Assembly (NCBI GenBank): GCA_018696395.1
Contig: JABHQR010000023.1
Location: forward strand, 15,180 to 79,179
Direction: 5' to 3'
DNA: 64,000 bases
Source: an archaeon
Lineage (GTDB): Archaea > Nanobdellota > Nanobdellia > Woesearchaeales > GW2011-AR9
Shown here: one piece after another, positions 31,926-40,290 of the stretch
How the letters are laid out: the number at the start of each line of letters is the position of its first letter
How positions within the stretch are numbered: position 1 is the stretch's first letter
Notes under the pieces: model-generated
What the model saw: only the letters and a program-made list of their open reading frames with translations
Told to the model about the DNA's origin: nothing
The model's database searches: none
Translations under genes and position numbers: made by a program

Positions 31926-31970
31926 ATAATATCTCCCTAGCACCCCTATTTACCACTAATAAGGTGTGTT

Positions 31971-31980
31971 CTTTTATAAA
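31971..31980 (-). promoter_or_regulatory. Candidate archaeal TATA box (TTTATAAAAG on minus strand) for the array operon
   Basis: AT-rich TATA-like element about 46-55 nt upstream of ATG 31925. An SD-like GGGAG sits 8 nt before the ATG. It lies in the only ~100-bp gap between ileS and the array. Confidence 0.35.
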
Positions 31981-31989
31981 CTTTTATTA

Positions 31990-32043
31990 TAAAATATTTA
32001 AAAGTATATTAAATAAAAAGAAGAAGAAGAAAATAATAAAAAA
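31990..32043 (-). terminator. Oligo-T rich tract downstream of ileS stop (archaeal-type terminator candidate)
   Basis: The minus strand reads GTTTAATTTTTTATTATTTTCTTCTTCTTCTTTTTATTT immediately after the ileS stop at 32044. Confidence 0.3.
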
Positions 32044-35000
32044 TTAAACTTTATCGAAACTAGCTGTAAACTCTTCTTTCTTAACTTTAAAGTCTTCTTT
32101 AAATCCATGTTTCTTAGCTGCATCAGTAAAAGCAATAACTAACTTCTCTGCTCCTACTTTTTCAGAGATATCTTTTTCAAAAGGATCTAAAGATTTTTTC
32201 ATAGCTTCTGAACATTTCAAATGAAGAATAATAGAATCTGTCTTTTCTAACCCAGCATTCTTTCTTAAAGTTTGGACTTTCCTCATAACTTCACGAGCAA
32301 ACCCTTCTGCTTCCAATTCTTCACTACGCTCAGTGTTCAAATAAACTAACGCCCCTTTAGTTTCAGATTCAATGTAAAGTTCAGGAACTTCTCTTTCCAC
32401 AACTAACATGTCTTGAGTTAATCTGATTTCTTCTTTCTTGCTTTCAATTTCAATTTCAATGTTAAAATATCCATCTTTACCTAAACTATTAACAATATCT
32501 TCAGCAGAAGTTGAATTGACAACTTTCATAATGTTAGGAGATTTTGCTCCAAAACTTTTACCTATCATGGAAGCTTCTGGTTTAACTGAAACTTTTACAC
32601 CTGGTAAAGATTCAAGTACACTAATTTCTTTAGCATTAATGTGTTTCTTCAATAAATTCCTTAACATTTCTGCAGATTTAATCATATTATCTTTTTTACT
32701 TACTACAACTAATTCTTTAATTGGCCACCTTACACCTAACCTAGCTTTTTCTCTTGCGTTAAGAGCTGCTTGACTTAATCTCTTAAATCCTTCAATATTT
32801 TGTTCCAATTCTAAATCAATTTTATTTTCATCAAATTTAGGGAAAGAGAAATGACTAAGGCTTTCTTCTTTTAAGCCAAACTCTTCTTTAATGTTTAAGT
32901 AAATAGCTTCAGTAATAAAAGGTGAAATAATACTGAACACTTTCAAAAAGTCAAGTAAAACTTTTGCAATGGTATAAGCACAAAGTTCTTTATCTTCTTT
33001 ACTTCCTATTGAACTTTTTTCACGAACCAACTGAACATAAGTCCGACTTAATTCCAGATATAATTCTTCTAAAGGTTGAATAGTAGAATCAAGTTCATAG
33101 GTTTCAAACAATTTATCAACTGTTTTAAGAGTAGAATTTAATTTAGAAACAATATATTTCTCTTCTAAACTCATTAAATTATTCATTAACTTTTCATCAA
33201 GTTTAAATGGATTCAGTTCATTTTCTTTAGATAAATTGATCAATAGTTTATGTAAGTTCCATAAAATTTGTACTTGTCTTGCTTTTGTTTTACATTCGTC
33301 CCAACTGAAATTAATATCCTGACCAGCATTATTTTGGCACATATAATACCTTAACACATCAACACCATGCTTATCGATCAATTCATAAGGTGAAATAATA
33401 TTACCTATACTTTTACTCATTTTTTTACCAGCAATATCATTAAGCATCCCATAAACGTAAACGTTCTTGAAAGATTTCTTATCAAATCTTAAATAAGAAC
33501 AGATCGATAACATACTAAACCATAACCTAGTTTGTTCTTTAGCTTCCAAAATTGCATCTGCCGGAAACCATTCTTCAATTAATTTTGGATCATTATCAAG
33601 ACAGTTCCAACTGGCAGTACCCGCATCTACCCAAACATCAATAATGTCAGGTACACGTAACATTGATTTTTTACTTTTACATTTCGGACAATCAAATTTG
33701 ACATCATCAATCCATGGTATGTGAAGATTTTCTGGAACTTTTGCCCCATTTGATTTAATATCTTCTCTAGAACCTATTACTTTAATTTCTTTACAATCTT
33801 TATTTCCACATTTCCAGATGGGTAATGGTGTTCCCCAAAACCTTTGACGAGAGATAGAATTATCTTTAAGATTACCCACCCAAGATTCATAAGAATTTAA
33901 TGCAGTTTCTGGAACCCAAAGGACTTCTGAATTTTCTTCAATAATTTTTTGTTTAATATCTTCAATTTTAAAGAACCATTGGTACGTAATTCTGAACACG
34001 ACAGGTTTGTGACATCTCCAACAGTGAGGATATTCATGTTCAACATCAGTAATTTCTATCAAAGCACCTTCATCTTTCAAAGCTTCAGTAAATTTAGGAT
34101 CATCAACTTTTGCTCTCAACCCAGAAAATTTACCCATACTTACAGGAAAATAACCATTTTCTTGTAAGTTGTTAAATGGTGGAATGTTGTAAGGTTTACA
34201 AGCTTCCTGATCTTCAGGACCACAACCAGGCGCAGTATGAACTAACCCAGAACCAGCAGTAGTATCAACATATTGTTCATTAAGAATGACTGTATGTACA
34301 TTAGGATGATCTTTTTTTAGTTCAGCATATTTTGAAATAAAATTATTGAATGGATGAGTATACCCCCAACCCTCCATGTGATCACCTTTGAACTCTTCTA
34401 GAACTTTCATTTTTTTATTTGCAACAGCACCACATACAATTCCAGCAAGAGCTTTTGATAAGTACCAAATTTCTTCATTACTTTTTTTACCTTCTTTACT
34501 TTCATCCCAAACTTTAACTTTCAAATAATCAAGTTTAGGATTTACCATCACACCTAAATTGTAAGGGATTGTCCAGGGAGTAGTTGTCCAAACAATTACA
34601 TGTTCATTATTTTGACAATCTTCTTTAGAATTAGTACCTTTTTTACTGTTTAACTTGAACTTCACAAAGATAGATTTGTCAGTAACAGTTTCATACTCAC
34701 ATTCATGTTTAGCTAACGCAGTTTCACAGTTTTGGCACCAAGTAAGAACTTTTTCACCATAATATAATCTGTCTTTTTCATAAGCAGTTTTGATAAGTTG
34801 CCATTCTCCTTCCATAAATTCAGATTTTATTGGCATGTAAGGATTAGATAAATCAAAAGTTGTTCCAATACGAACTAAATCTTCAGTCATAATTTTTGCC
34901 ATGTCAGTAGAAAATTTGATACATTCATTGATGAATTTGTCAAGACCAAAAGATTCAATATCTTCTTTAGTTTCAAGTTTATGTTTTGCCATTACTTTAT

Positions 35001-35271
35001 GTGCGGTAGGCAAACCATGCATATCAAACCCATTTCTGTCCCAGACATTACGTCCTTTACTTCTTTGATATCTTAACACCATATCTTTTAATGCATAATT
35101 CCAAGCATGTGCGAGATGAAATTTCCCAGAAGTGTAAGGAGGACCATCTAAAAAGTAAAATTTTTTCCCAGATTTATTCTTTTCACGAAGTTTCTCAATA
35201 ATTTTATTCTTTTTCCAATATGCGATGATATCTTCTTCAGTCTTTTGGTGATGATATGTTTCAAATCTCAT
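32044..35271 (-). CDS. ileS: Isoleucyl-tRNA synthetase, 1075 aa
   Basis: Class I HIGH motif 'SGKFHLAHAWNYA' and KMSKS motif 'GKKMSKSIGN'. Also 'WTTTPWTIP' and a CP1 editing-domain-like middle region. The size and C-terminal extension fit archaeal/eukaryotic-type IleRS. A TATA-like TTTTAAAATAA about 25-35 nt upstream of the ATG suggests a leaderless transcript. Confidence 0.9.
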   Translation of the reverse strand: MRFETYHHQKTEEDIIAYWKKNKIIEKLREKNKSGKKFYFLDGPPYTSGKFHLAHAWNYALKDMVLRYQRSKGRNVWDRNGFDMHGLPTAHKVMAKHKLETKEDIESFGLDKFINECIKFSTDMAKIMTEDLVRIGTTFDLSNPYMPIKSEFMEGEWQLIKTAYEKDRLYYGEKVLTWCQNCETALAKHECEYETVTDKSIFVKFKLNSKKGTNSKEDCQNNEHVIVWTTTPWTIPYNLGVMVNPKLDYLKVKVWDESKEGKKSNEEIWYLSKALAGIVCGAVANKKMKVLEEFKGDHMEGWGYTHPFNNFISKYAELKKDHPNVHTVILNEQYVDTTAGSGLVHTAPGCGPEDQEACKPYNIPPFNNLQENGYFPVSMGKFSGLRAKVDDPKFTEALKDEGALIEITDVEHEYPHCWRCHKPVVFRITYQWFFKIEDIKQKIIEENSEVLWVPETALNSYESWVGNLKDNSISRQRFWGTPLPIWKCGNKDCKEIKVIGSREDIKSNGAKVPENLHIPWIDDVKFDCPKCKSKKSMLRVPDIIDVWVDAGTASWNCLDNDPKLIEEWFPADAILEAKEQTRLWFSMLSICSYLRFDKKSFKNVYVYGMLNDIAGKKMSKSIGNIISPYELIDKHGVDVLRYYMCQNNAGQDINFSWDECKTKARQVQILWNLHKLLINLSKENELNPFKLDEKLMNNLMSLEEKYIVSKLNSTLKTVDKLFETYELDSTIQPLEELYLELSRTYVQLVREKSSIGSKEDKELCAYTIAKVLLDFLKVFSIISPFITEAIYLNIKEEFGLKEESLSHFSFPKFDENKIDLELEQNIEGFKRLSQAALNAREKARLGVRWPIKELVVVSKKDNMIKSAEMLRNLLKKHINAKEISVLESLPGVKVSVKPEASMIGKSFGAKSPNIMKVVNSTSAEDIVNSLGKDGYFNIEIEIESKKEEIRLTQDMLVVEREVPELYIESETKGALVYLNTERSEELEAEGFAREVMRKVQTLRKNAGLEKTDSIILHLKCSEAMKKSLDPFEKDISEKVGAEKLVIAFTDAAKKHGFKEDFKVKKEEFTASFDKV

Positions 35272-35365
35272 TGTAAAGAAGAGTAGTGAGGTTTATTTTA
35301 AAAAGGTTATTGTTAAAAGATAATAAAAAGAATTAAGTATGATTAAATATTAAAGATGATTAGGT

Positions 35366-35761
35366 TTAAACTTTCTCAAATTCGATAACATCATAACCGA
35401 TTAACCTTCTTTCAATTTCAGAATGATCATCTAAATTTTCAGCGACATAATCTGAAATAATTAAATATTTTTCTTGATAAGATAATTTCAACAGGTCGCC
35501 AACTTCATAAGAATTGTAAATTAACATATTATCAAGAACAATACTTTTAGACCCATTATTTAAATTGATATGATAAATATCTTTACCTGAAGAAGCCAAA
35601 CCCAGGTTAGGGGCCCCTAAAATGTGGTCAACAGTCAGATTACTATTTCCTTGGTAAAAATGTTTATGTGAAATTTTAAAAATATTAATTAATGTAGGGG
35701 TAATTAGTTCTGATTTTTTCTTAGTTAATCCTAATTTCCATAATATTTTTGTAAGGCTCAT
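35366..35761 (-). CDS. Hypothetical protein, 131 aa
   Basis: An ORF with reasonable composition. No recognisable motif. Confidence 0.4.
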   Translation of the reverse strand: MSLTKILWKLGLTKKKSELITPTLINIFKISHKHFYQGNSNLTVDHILGAPNLGLASSGKDIYHINLNNGSKSIVLDNMLIYNSYEVGDLLKLSYQEKYLIISDYVAENLDDHSEIERRLIGYDVIEFEKV

Positions 35762-35783
35762 TTTTATCCCATCAATGATTATA

Positions 35784-36644
35784 TCATTCTTTCAGTAAAA
35801 TGACATTACCTCTGCCACGTTTAACTTTTTCAATTTTACCTTTATGTTCTAATTCAGTAAGAATTAAACTTATTTTTGATTCAGACAAGTCCATCATTTC
35901 TTTCCTTAACTGTTTTTGAGTAATTCGACCATCATTTTTCTTGACAATTTCTAATGCTCTTTTCAAATATCCAGGTTGTTCATTTTGTTCCAACTCTTTC
36001 CCTATAGAAGCTAGTTTCTCTTCACGGGAAGTTTTTTTATGAGGTTTAATTTTTTCTTCATTTTTAGTTTGGTCAACCCCAAAATGTAATCCTAAATTGA
36101 TTTCTTGTTTTATTCCCTCAACCTTATCTTTTTTCTTACCACTATATTTTTTCTTGGCAATAACAACTCTTCCTAAAGCGATCAAGATTATTCCTACTGT
36201 TGCGAGGTATGCCCAAGTTCTGTTTTTATTAATACCATCTTCATCACTGGTTAACTCATCGCCATAAATTGATTCTAAATCATCCCATAACTCATCTTCT
36301 TCATCCATGCTTGGAAATAGAAATATGTCAAACAAAAAAGTAACATTACCAGTAGAAGTGACACTTAAAGTTTCTGTTGCTGAAAGATCACCTTTACTTG
36401 CTGTCAAAATGTAAGAACCTTCTGGCACTACAAATTTATAAGTTCCATCCTGAGAGAGGTATTGTTGGCTTGGAGAAGTGTTAATTTCAAGTATCACATT
36501 ATCAACAACATCCAAATTATAATCATAAATAGTACCTTCAATAGATAGGGATTCAACAAAGCTAGAACTAGTAAAAAACAATGTTATTAAAATTACAATA
36601 AAATAAATGAATTTATAGTTATTGTTCATACATAAACCCCTCAT
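35784..36644 (-). CDS. Membrane-anchored winged-helix (HTH) protein, archaeal type
   Basis: N-terminal signal/TM segment 'FIYFIVILITLFFTSSSF' and a second TM 'WAYLATVGIILIALGRVVIA'. The C-terminus 'ITQKQLRKEMMDLSESKISLILTELEHKGKIEKVKRGRGNVILL' is a typical wHTH. Confidence 0.55.
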   Translation of the reverse strand: MRGLCMNNNYKFIYFIVILITLFFTSSSFVESLSIEGTIYDYNLDVVDNVILEINTSPSQQYLSQDGTYKFVVPEGSYILTASKGDLSATETLSVTSTGNVTFLFDIFLFPSMDEEDELWDDLESIYGDELTSDEDGINKNRTWAYLATVGIILIALGRVVIAKKKYSGKKKDKVEGIKQEINLGLHFGVDQTKNEEKIKPHKKTSREEKLASIGKELEQNEQPGYLKRALEIVKKNDGRITQKQLRKEMMDLSESKISLILTELEHKGKIEKVKRGRGNVILLKE

Positions 36645-36912
36645 TAATATTTTATGGCTGATTTACTATAAATAGATTATTATACTAAACTATCAAGATT
36701 AGACTGATGATTAGAGAAATAAACAGAATAATTAGTTCCTTTCCTAAAATAATCTGAAAATAAAGCTTTGAAAAGTTAATAACACTCCATTTCAATCTTT
36801 TCTCAAGAGTAAAGCAAAGTATGTTTAAAAAGAATTCTTCACCTTATGTTTTGCATTGTTGAGTCAATTTGATAACATTTTGAAACAACTTAAAAACTGA
36901 GAGGATGAATAA

Positions 36913-37893
36913 ATGAATTCAAAAAGAATTATCACCATTTTAATTTTAAGTGTTCTAGTTATTAGTTCATTACCGTTAGCATTAGCTGATTCAGATAATG
37001 AAAATAAGGGTAAAGGTTATGGTTTAGGTAATGGCCAAGGAATTTTAGGATTACATATTTTAGACCAAAGTCATAATGTAAATGGAGAATATCATCAAAA
37101 TATGCAAGAAATTAAAGATAATTATAAACTTGCTAAAGAAGAGTATCAATCTAATAGGCAAGAAATGCACCAATTAAGTGATGATTTAACAGAATGTGAA
37201 GATGTTGATCCAGAAGATTCTAATAGTGAAACAGAACTTGAAACTGATTGTAAAGAACTTAAAGATGAAGCTAAAAAAGTAGTAGGTAATCAATTAGAGT
37301 CTACAGGTAATTTTTTGTTAAAAGCATTAGAACAGGTTTATGCAAAAATTGAAGTATCAGATAATTTAGATTCAGATGTTAAAGAATCGTTACTTGCAAA
37401 AATTCAAGAAAATATTAATGCATTAAATGTAGAATTAGAAGATTTAGAATCTAATGAAGAAATTGATGAAAATTATTTACAAGATTTAATCCAAGGGATG
37501 AAACAATCATGGTTAGACCTGAAACCGGAAATGAGTTTATCAGTCGCTTTACTTTCAAACTCAAAAATTGATGATATCATTAACAAATTAGAAACTAGTT
37601 CAGAAATGGTTAATGAAAGAATTGATCAATTAGAAAGTAATGATTATGACATTACCAAAATAAATTTACTTGAAGAAGAGTTTAACAGTTATATTAATTC
37701 AGCTGAAGCTAACAGGATTTTAGCAGAGGAACTATTGATAGAATTCCATGAAGAAGATAGCACTGGGGAAATTGTATCTCAAGCACAGGAATATAATCAA
37801 GAAAGTAAAAAAGAGATTCATCAAGCAAAATCTAAACTTAGAGAATTATTTTTCCAAGTAAAAATGGCTGAAATGGAAATGTTAGTGAATTGA
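36913..37893 (+). CDS. Secreted acidic coiled-coil protein, 326 aa
   Basis: Signal peptide 'MNSKRIITILILSVLVISSLPLALA'. Very Glu/Asp/Leu-rich heptad-like sequence. SD 'GAGAGGA' upstream. Confidence 0.55.
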   Translation: MNSKRIITILILSVLVISSLPLALADSDNENKGKGYGLGNGQGILGLHILDQSHNVNGEYHQNMQEIKDNYKLAKEEYQSNRQEMHQLSDDLTECEDVDPEDSNSETELETDCKELKDEAKKVVGNQLESTGNFLLKALEQVYAKIEVSDNLDSDVKESLLAKIQENINALNVELEDLESNEEIDENYLQDLIQGMKQSWLDLKPEMSLSVALLSNSKIDDIINKLETSSEMVNERIDQLESNDYDITKINLLEEEFNSYINSAEANRILAEELLIEFHEEDSTGEIVSQAQEYNQESKKEIHQAKSKLRELFFQVKMAEMEMLVN

Positions 37894-37944
37894 AAATTAA
37901 ATTATATTCATCTATAACACACAACATACCAAACATTTTTTACG

Positions 37945-37990
37945 CCAGAAGGTTTTCTAACCTCTTCCTTCTGGTTTTTTTATTTTTTTA
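37945..37990 (+). terminator. Hairpin plus oligo-T terminator
   Basis: CCAGAAGG-ttttctaacctctt-CCTTCTGG followed by TTTTTTTATTTTTTT, about 50 nt downstream of the 36913..37893 stop. Confidence 0.55.
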
Positions 37991-38075
37991 GTTTTATTTA
38001 AAATATTTAAGTAAGTAGTTATTATGATAAATTATAATCATTAACTTTTAATACTTCAACCTTTTTCTTCTTTAT

Positions 38076-38420
38076 ATGAAATGTAAACCATGTAAGTATT
38101 TGTTAGCAGGGATGATTGTTCTGATTTTATTATTAGTGGTTATATTTGTATTTTTTTTACCAGGAGAAGATAATTCTAACGAGGATATTTGTAAAGATAT
38201 AACAGACACATCACAAAGGTCAGATTGTTATAACCAATTAGCTAAAGACACTGGTAATGTGAAATATTGTAAAGAAGTTTCTTACTACTACGAGATTTGT
38301 ATCAACCAAGCAGATGTTAATAGAGAATCAAGTAAAAGTGAAATAGAAAATGTTTGTGATAAGATTACAGATACTTCCAGAAGAAACTCTTGTTATGAAT
38401 ATGCTGATCAGTATTATTAA
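38076..38420 (+). CDS. Small membrane-anchored protein with internal Cys-containing duplication
   Basis: N-terminal TM 'LAGMIVLILLLVVIFVFF'. Two repeats: 'ICKDITDTSQRSDCYNQLAKD' and 'VCDKITDTSRRNSCYEYADQY'. Confidence 0.45.
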   Translation: MKCKPCKYLLAGMIVLILLLVVIFVFFLPGEDNSNEDICKDITDTSQRSDCYNQLAKDTGNVKYCKEVSYYYEICINQADVNRESSKSEIENVCDKITDTSRRNSCYEYADQYY

Positions 38421-38466
38421 TGATAAGATAAATTTAATTTAAAAAAAAGTTATAAAAATAAACATA

Positions 38467-39102
38467 TCAAGCTGCTTCTTTTCCAGATTCGGCTTGAGTG
38501 GCTTGTTCATATCTTTCTTTAGCTACATTTGCTAAAGATTCATACTTTTCTTTCTCTTCTCCCTCAGAATTATCAGCCATTTCTGTGAAATATCCCACTA
38601 AAAATTCTTCTGCAGAACTTTCATCGTAATGTCCAGCTGCATGACTTAATTCATGAGCTAGAACATATTCTTGAGCAGCATCATCAGAGATTTCATAAAT
38701 ACTTGCTAATTGAGATACTCGATCTTCAAAACTTCTATCATCATAATTACTTAACAAAATTCCTTCAATACCGTTATGCATGATAGCTGCAACTGTATTT
38801 GAACCTAAATCACCCGCACCAACACCTTTAATTTTCATCATCTTTTTTCCACGACTGTCAACATAATCCATGAAACTTTTTCCCTCTTCAGAAGAGAGAT
38901 ATGATTTTACAATATGTTCAAAATTGTAAGCTTGGTCAATATGTTTACTTGGTTTATCACTAGAATATAAATTAACATTACCACTATTACTATCAACTAC
39001 TGCCATGCCCATTGTATTTAAAGAATAACCATTGTTTAACATTTGATTAGTTAAAATATCTAAACCGTAAGGTTTACTTAACTGAGACATTCTGTTTACC
39101 AT
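38467..39102 (-). CDS. Putative HExxH metallopeptidase-like protein, 211 aa
   Basis: Motif 'YVLAHELSHAAGHYDE'. Otherwise unassigned. Confidence 0.35.
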   Translation of the reverse strand: MVNRMSQLSKPYGLDILTNQMLNNGYSLNTMGMAVVDSNSGNVNLYSSDKPSKHIDQAYNFEHIVKSYLSSEEGKSFMDYVDSRGKKMMKIKGVGAGDLGSNTVAAIMHNGIEGILLSNYDDRSFEDRVSQLASIYEISDDAAQEYVLAHELSHAAGHYDESSAEEFLVGYFTEMADNSEGEEKEKYESLANVAKERYEQATQAESGKEAA

Positions 39103-39195
39103 ACACAGTTACATGTAAAAAAGAAATAAAAAACTTTTGCAAAGCGTGTGACAAATGAGTCAATAAATAATTAAAAATAAAATATTTAAAAAAGA

Positions 39196-40020
39196 TTAAC
39201 TCTTTTTTTCTTTCTTTTGTTCAGGTTTGATTACTTCATAACCCAACTTTTCTTGAAGTATATTAGAACCACCTTGGAGTAAAATCCCATAGTCCCTAGA
39301 TTGTTCAGTTGCACTTTTTGTTAAGAAAGGATCAGCTGGTTTCATACCCCTAGAATTAAATACAGGGGTTATGTAAGTTGCCATATCTAAGCGGTCATCT
39401 TCTGAGATTAGTCCTTCTAATGCTTTATCTTTTAGGTGAGAGGTATAACCTTGTACTATTTTACTTCCTAAATTTTGTAATTCGCTAATTAATTTAATCT
39501 TTTTCTTCCCTTTTAATTTGTTAATATAATTATCTTCTAAGATATTTATTGGATTTCCTCTCTCATCGGTATGATACATACCCATTAAAGAACCTTTTAA
39601 TTTTCTCAAATCTTTTCCCTTGATACCCTCTTTTTTAGCTTGTTCCATATGTTTATTGAATTTATCCCCTAATGCTTTTTGTAAGAAAGTATCAACATAT
39701 GACTCTAAAATTTTAGCAATATCATCTTCATGATCAATTTTATCACCATCACCAAACTTTGAACCATCTTTATTTTTTAAACCATCTAAAGTTTTAAATG
39801 CTGAATTGTAAGCCCCAGGAAAATCTTTTTCAGATCCAGGCTTACCAAATACAGTATAATGTGCATGCACTTGAAATTGTTGCATATGGATGTTTTCAGG
39901 ATCATGTAATTTTTCAAATTGACCGATTCTTTCCTTGAAATTTTTTCCAAGTTTATGATGAAATTTTTGATAACCACTTACGATGTCATCTACAGATTTT
40001 GGTTTATCGTCTTTTGCCAT
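39196..40020 (-). CDS. Hypothetical protein, 274 aa
   Basis: Long ORF with a lysine-rich C-terminus. No motif recognised. Confidence 0.4.
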   Translation of the reverse strand: MAKDDKPKSVDDIVSGYQKFHHKLGKNFKERIGQFEKLHDPENIHMQQFQVHAHYTVFGKPGSEKDFPGAYNSAFKTLDGLKNKDGSKFGDGDKIDHEDDIAKILESYVDTFLQKALGDKFNKHMEQAKKEGIKGKDLRKLKGSLMGMYHTDERGNPINILEDNYINKLKGKKKIKLISELQNLGSKIVQGYTSHLKDKALEGLISEDDRLDMATYITPVFNSRGMKPADPFLTKSATEQSRDYGILLQGGSNILQEKLGYEVIKPEQKKEKKS

Positions 40021-40290
40021 AAGAACATAGCAGAAAAAGGTATTATATAAATATTTCTTTGCTGAAAATCCATTAAGAATAGTTTTAAATAAATAAAAAA
40101 TTAAACTAAAAAAAAAGAGGATTGACCAAAACGTCTCATTTTCTCAGAAAGCCTTAAAATTATGCAAAACATATATTCTAATAATTGTTTTGATAGTCAC
40201 AGTTTTATATATTTAGTCAAAATAATTTACTATAAAATATAATGATAAACAAAAAAAATTACAAATAACTAAGAGGTTAACATAAAAACA

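Noticed and set aside
32044-35271. Giant-virus or eukaryotic origin (IleRS, TFIIS-like ribbon, dCMP deaminase and paralog arrays are also hallmarks of Mimiviridae)
   Set aside because: Several features argue for a cellular archaeon instead: ATGA translational coupling, ubiquitous SD sites, a TrmB regulator, a Sec11-type SPase, a membrane wHTH, and DUF167.
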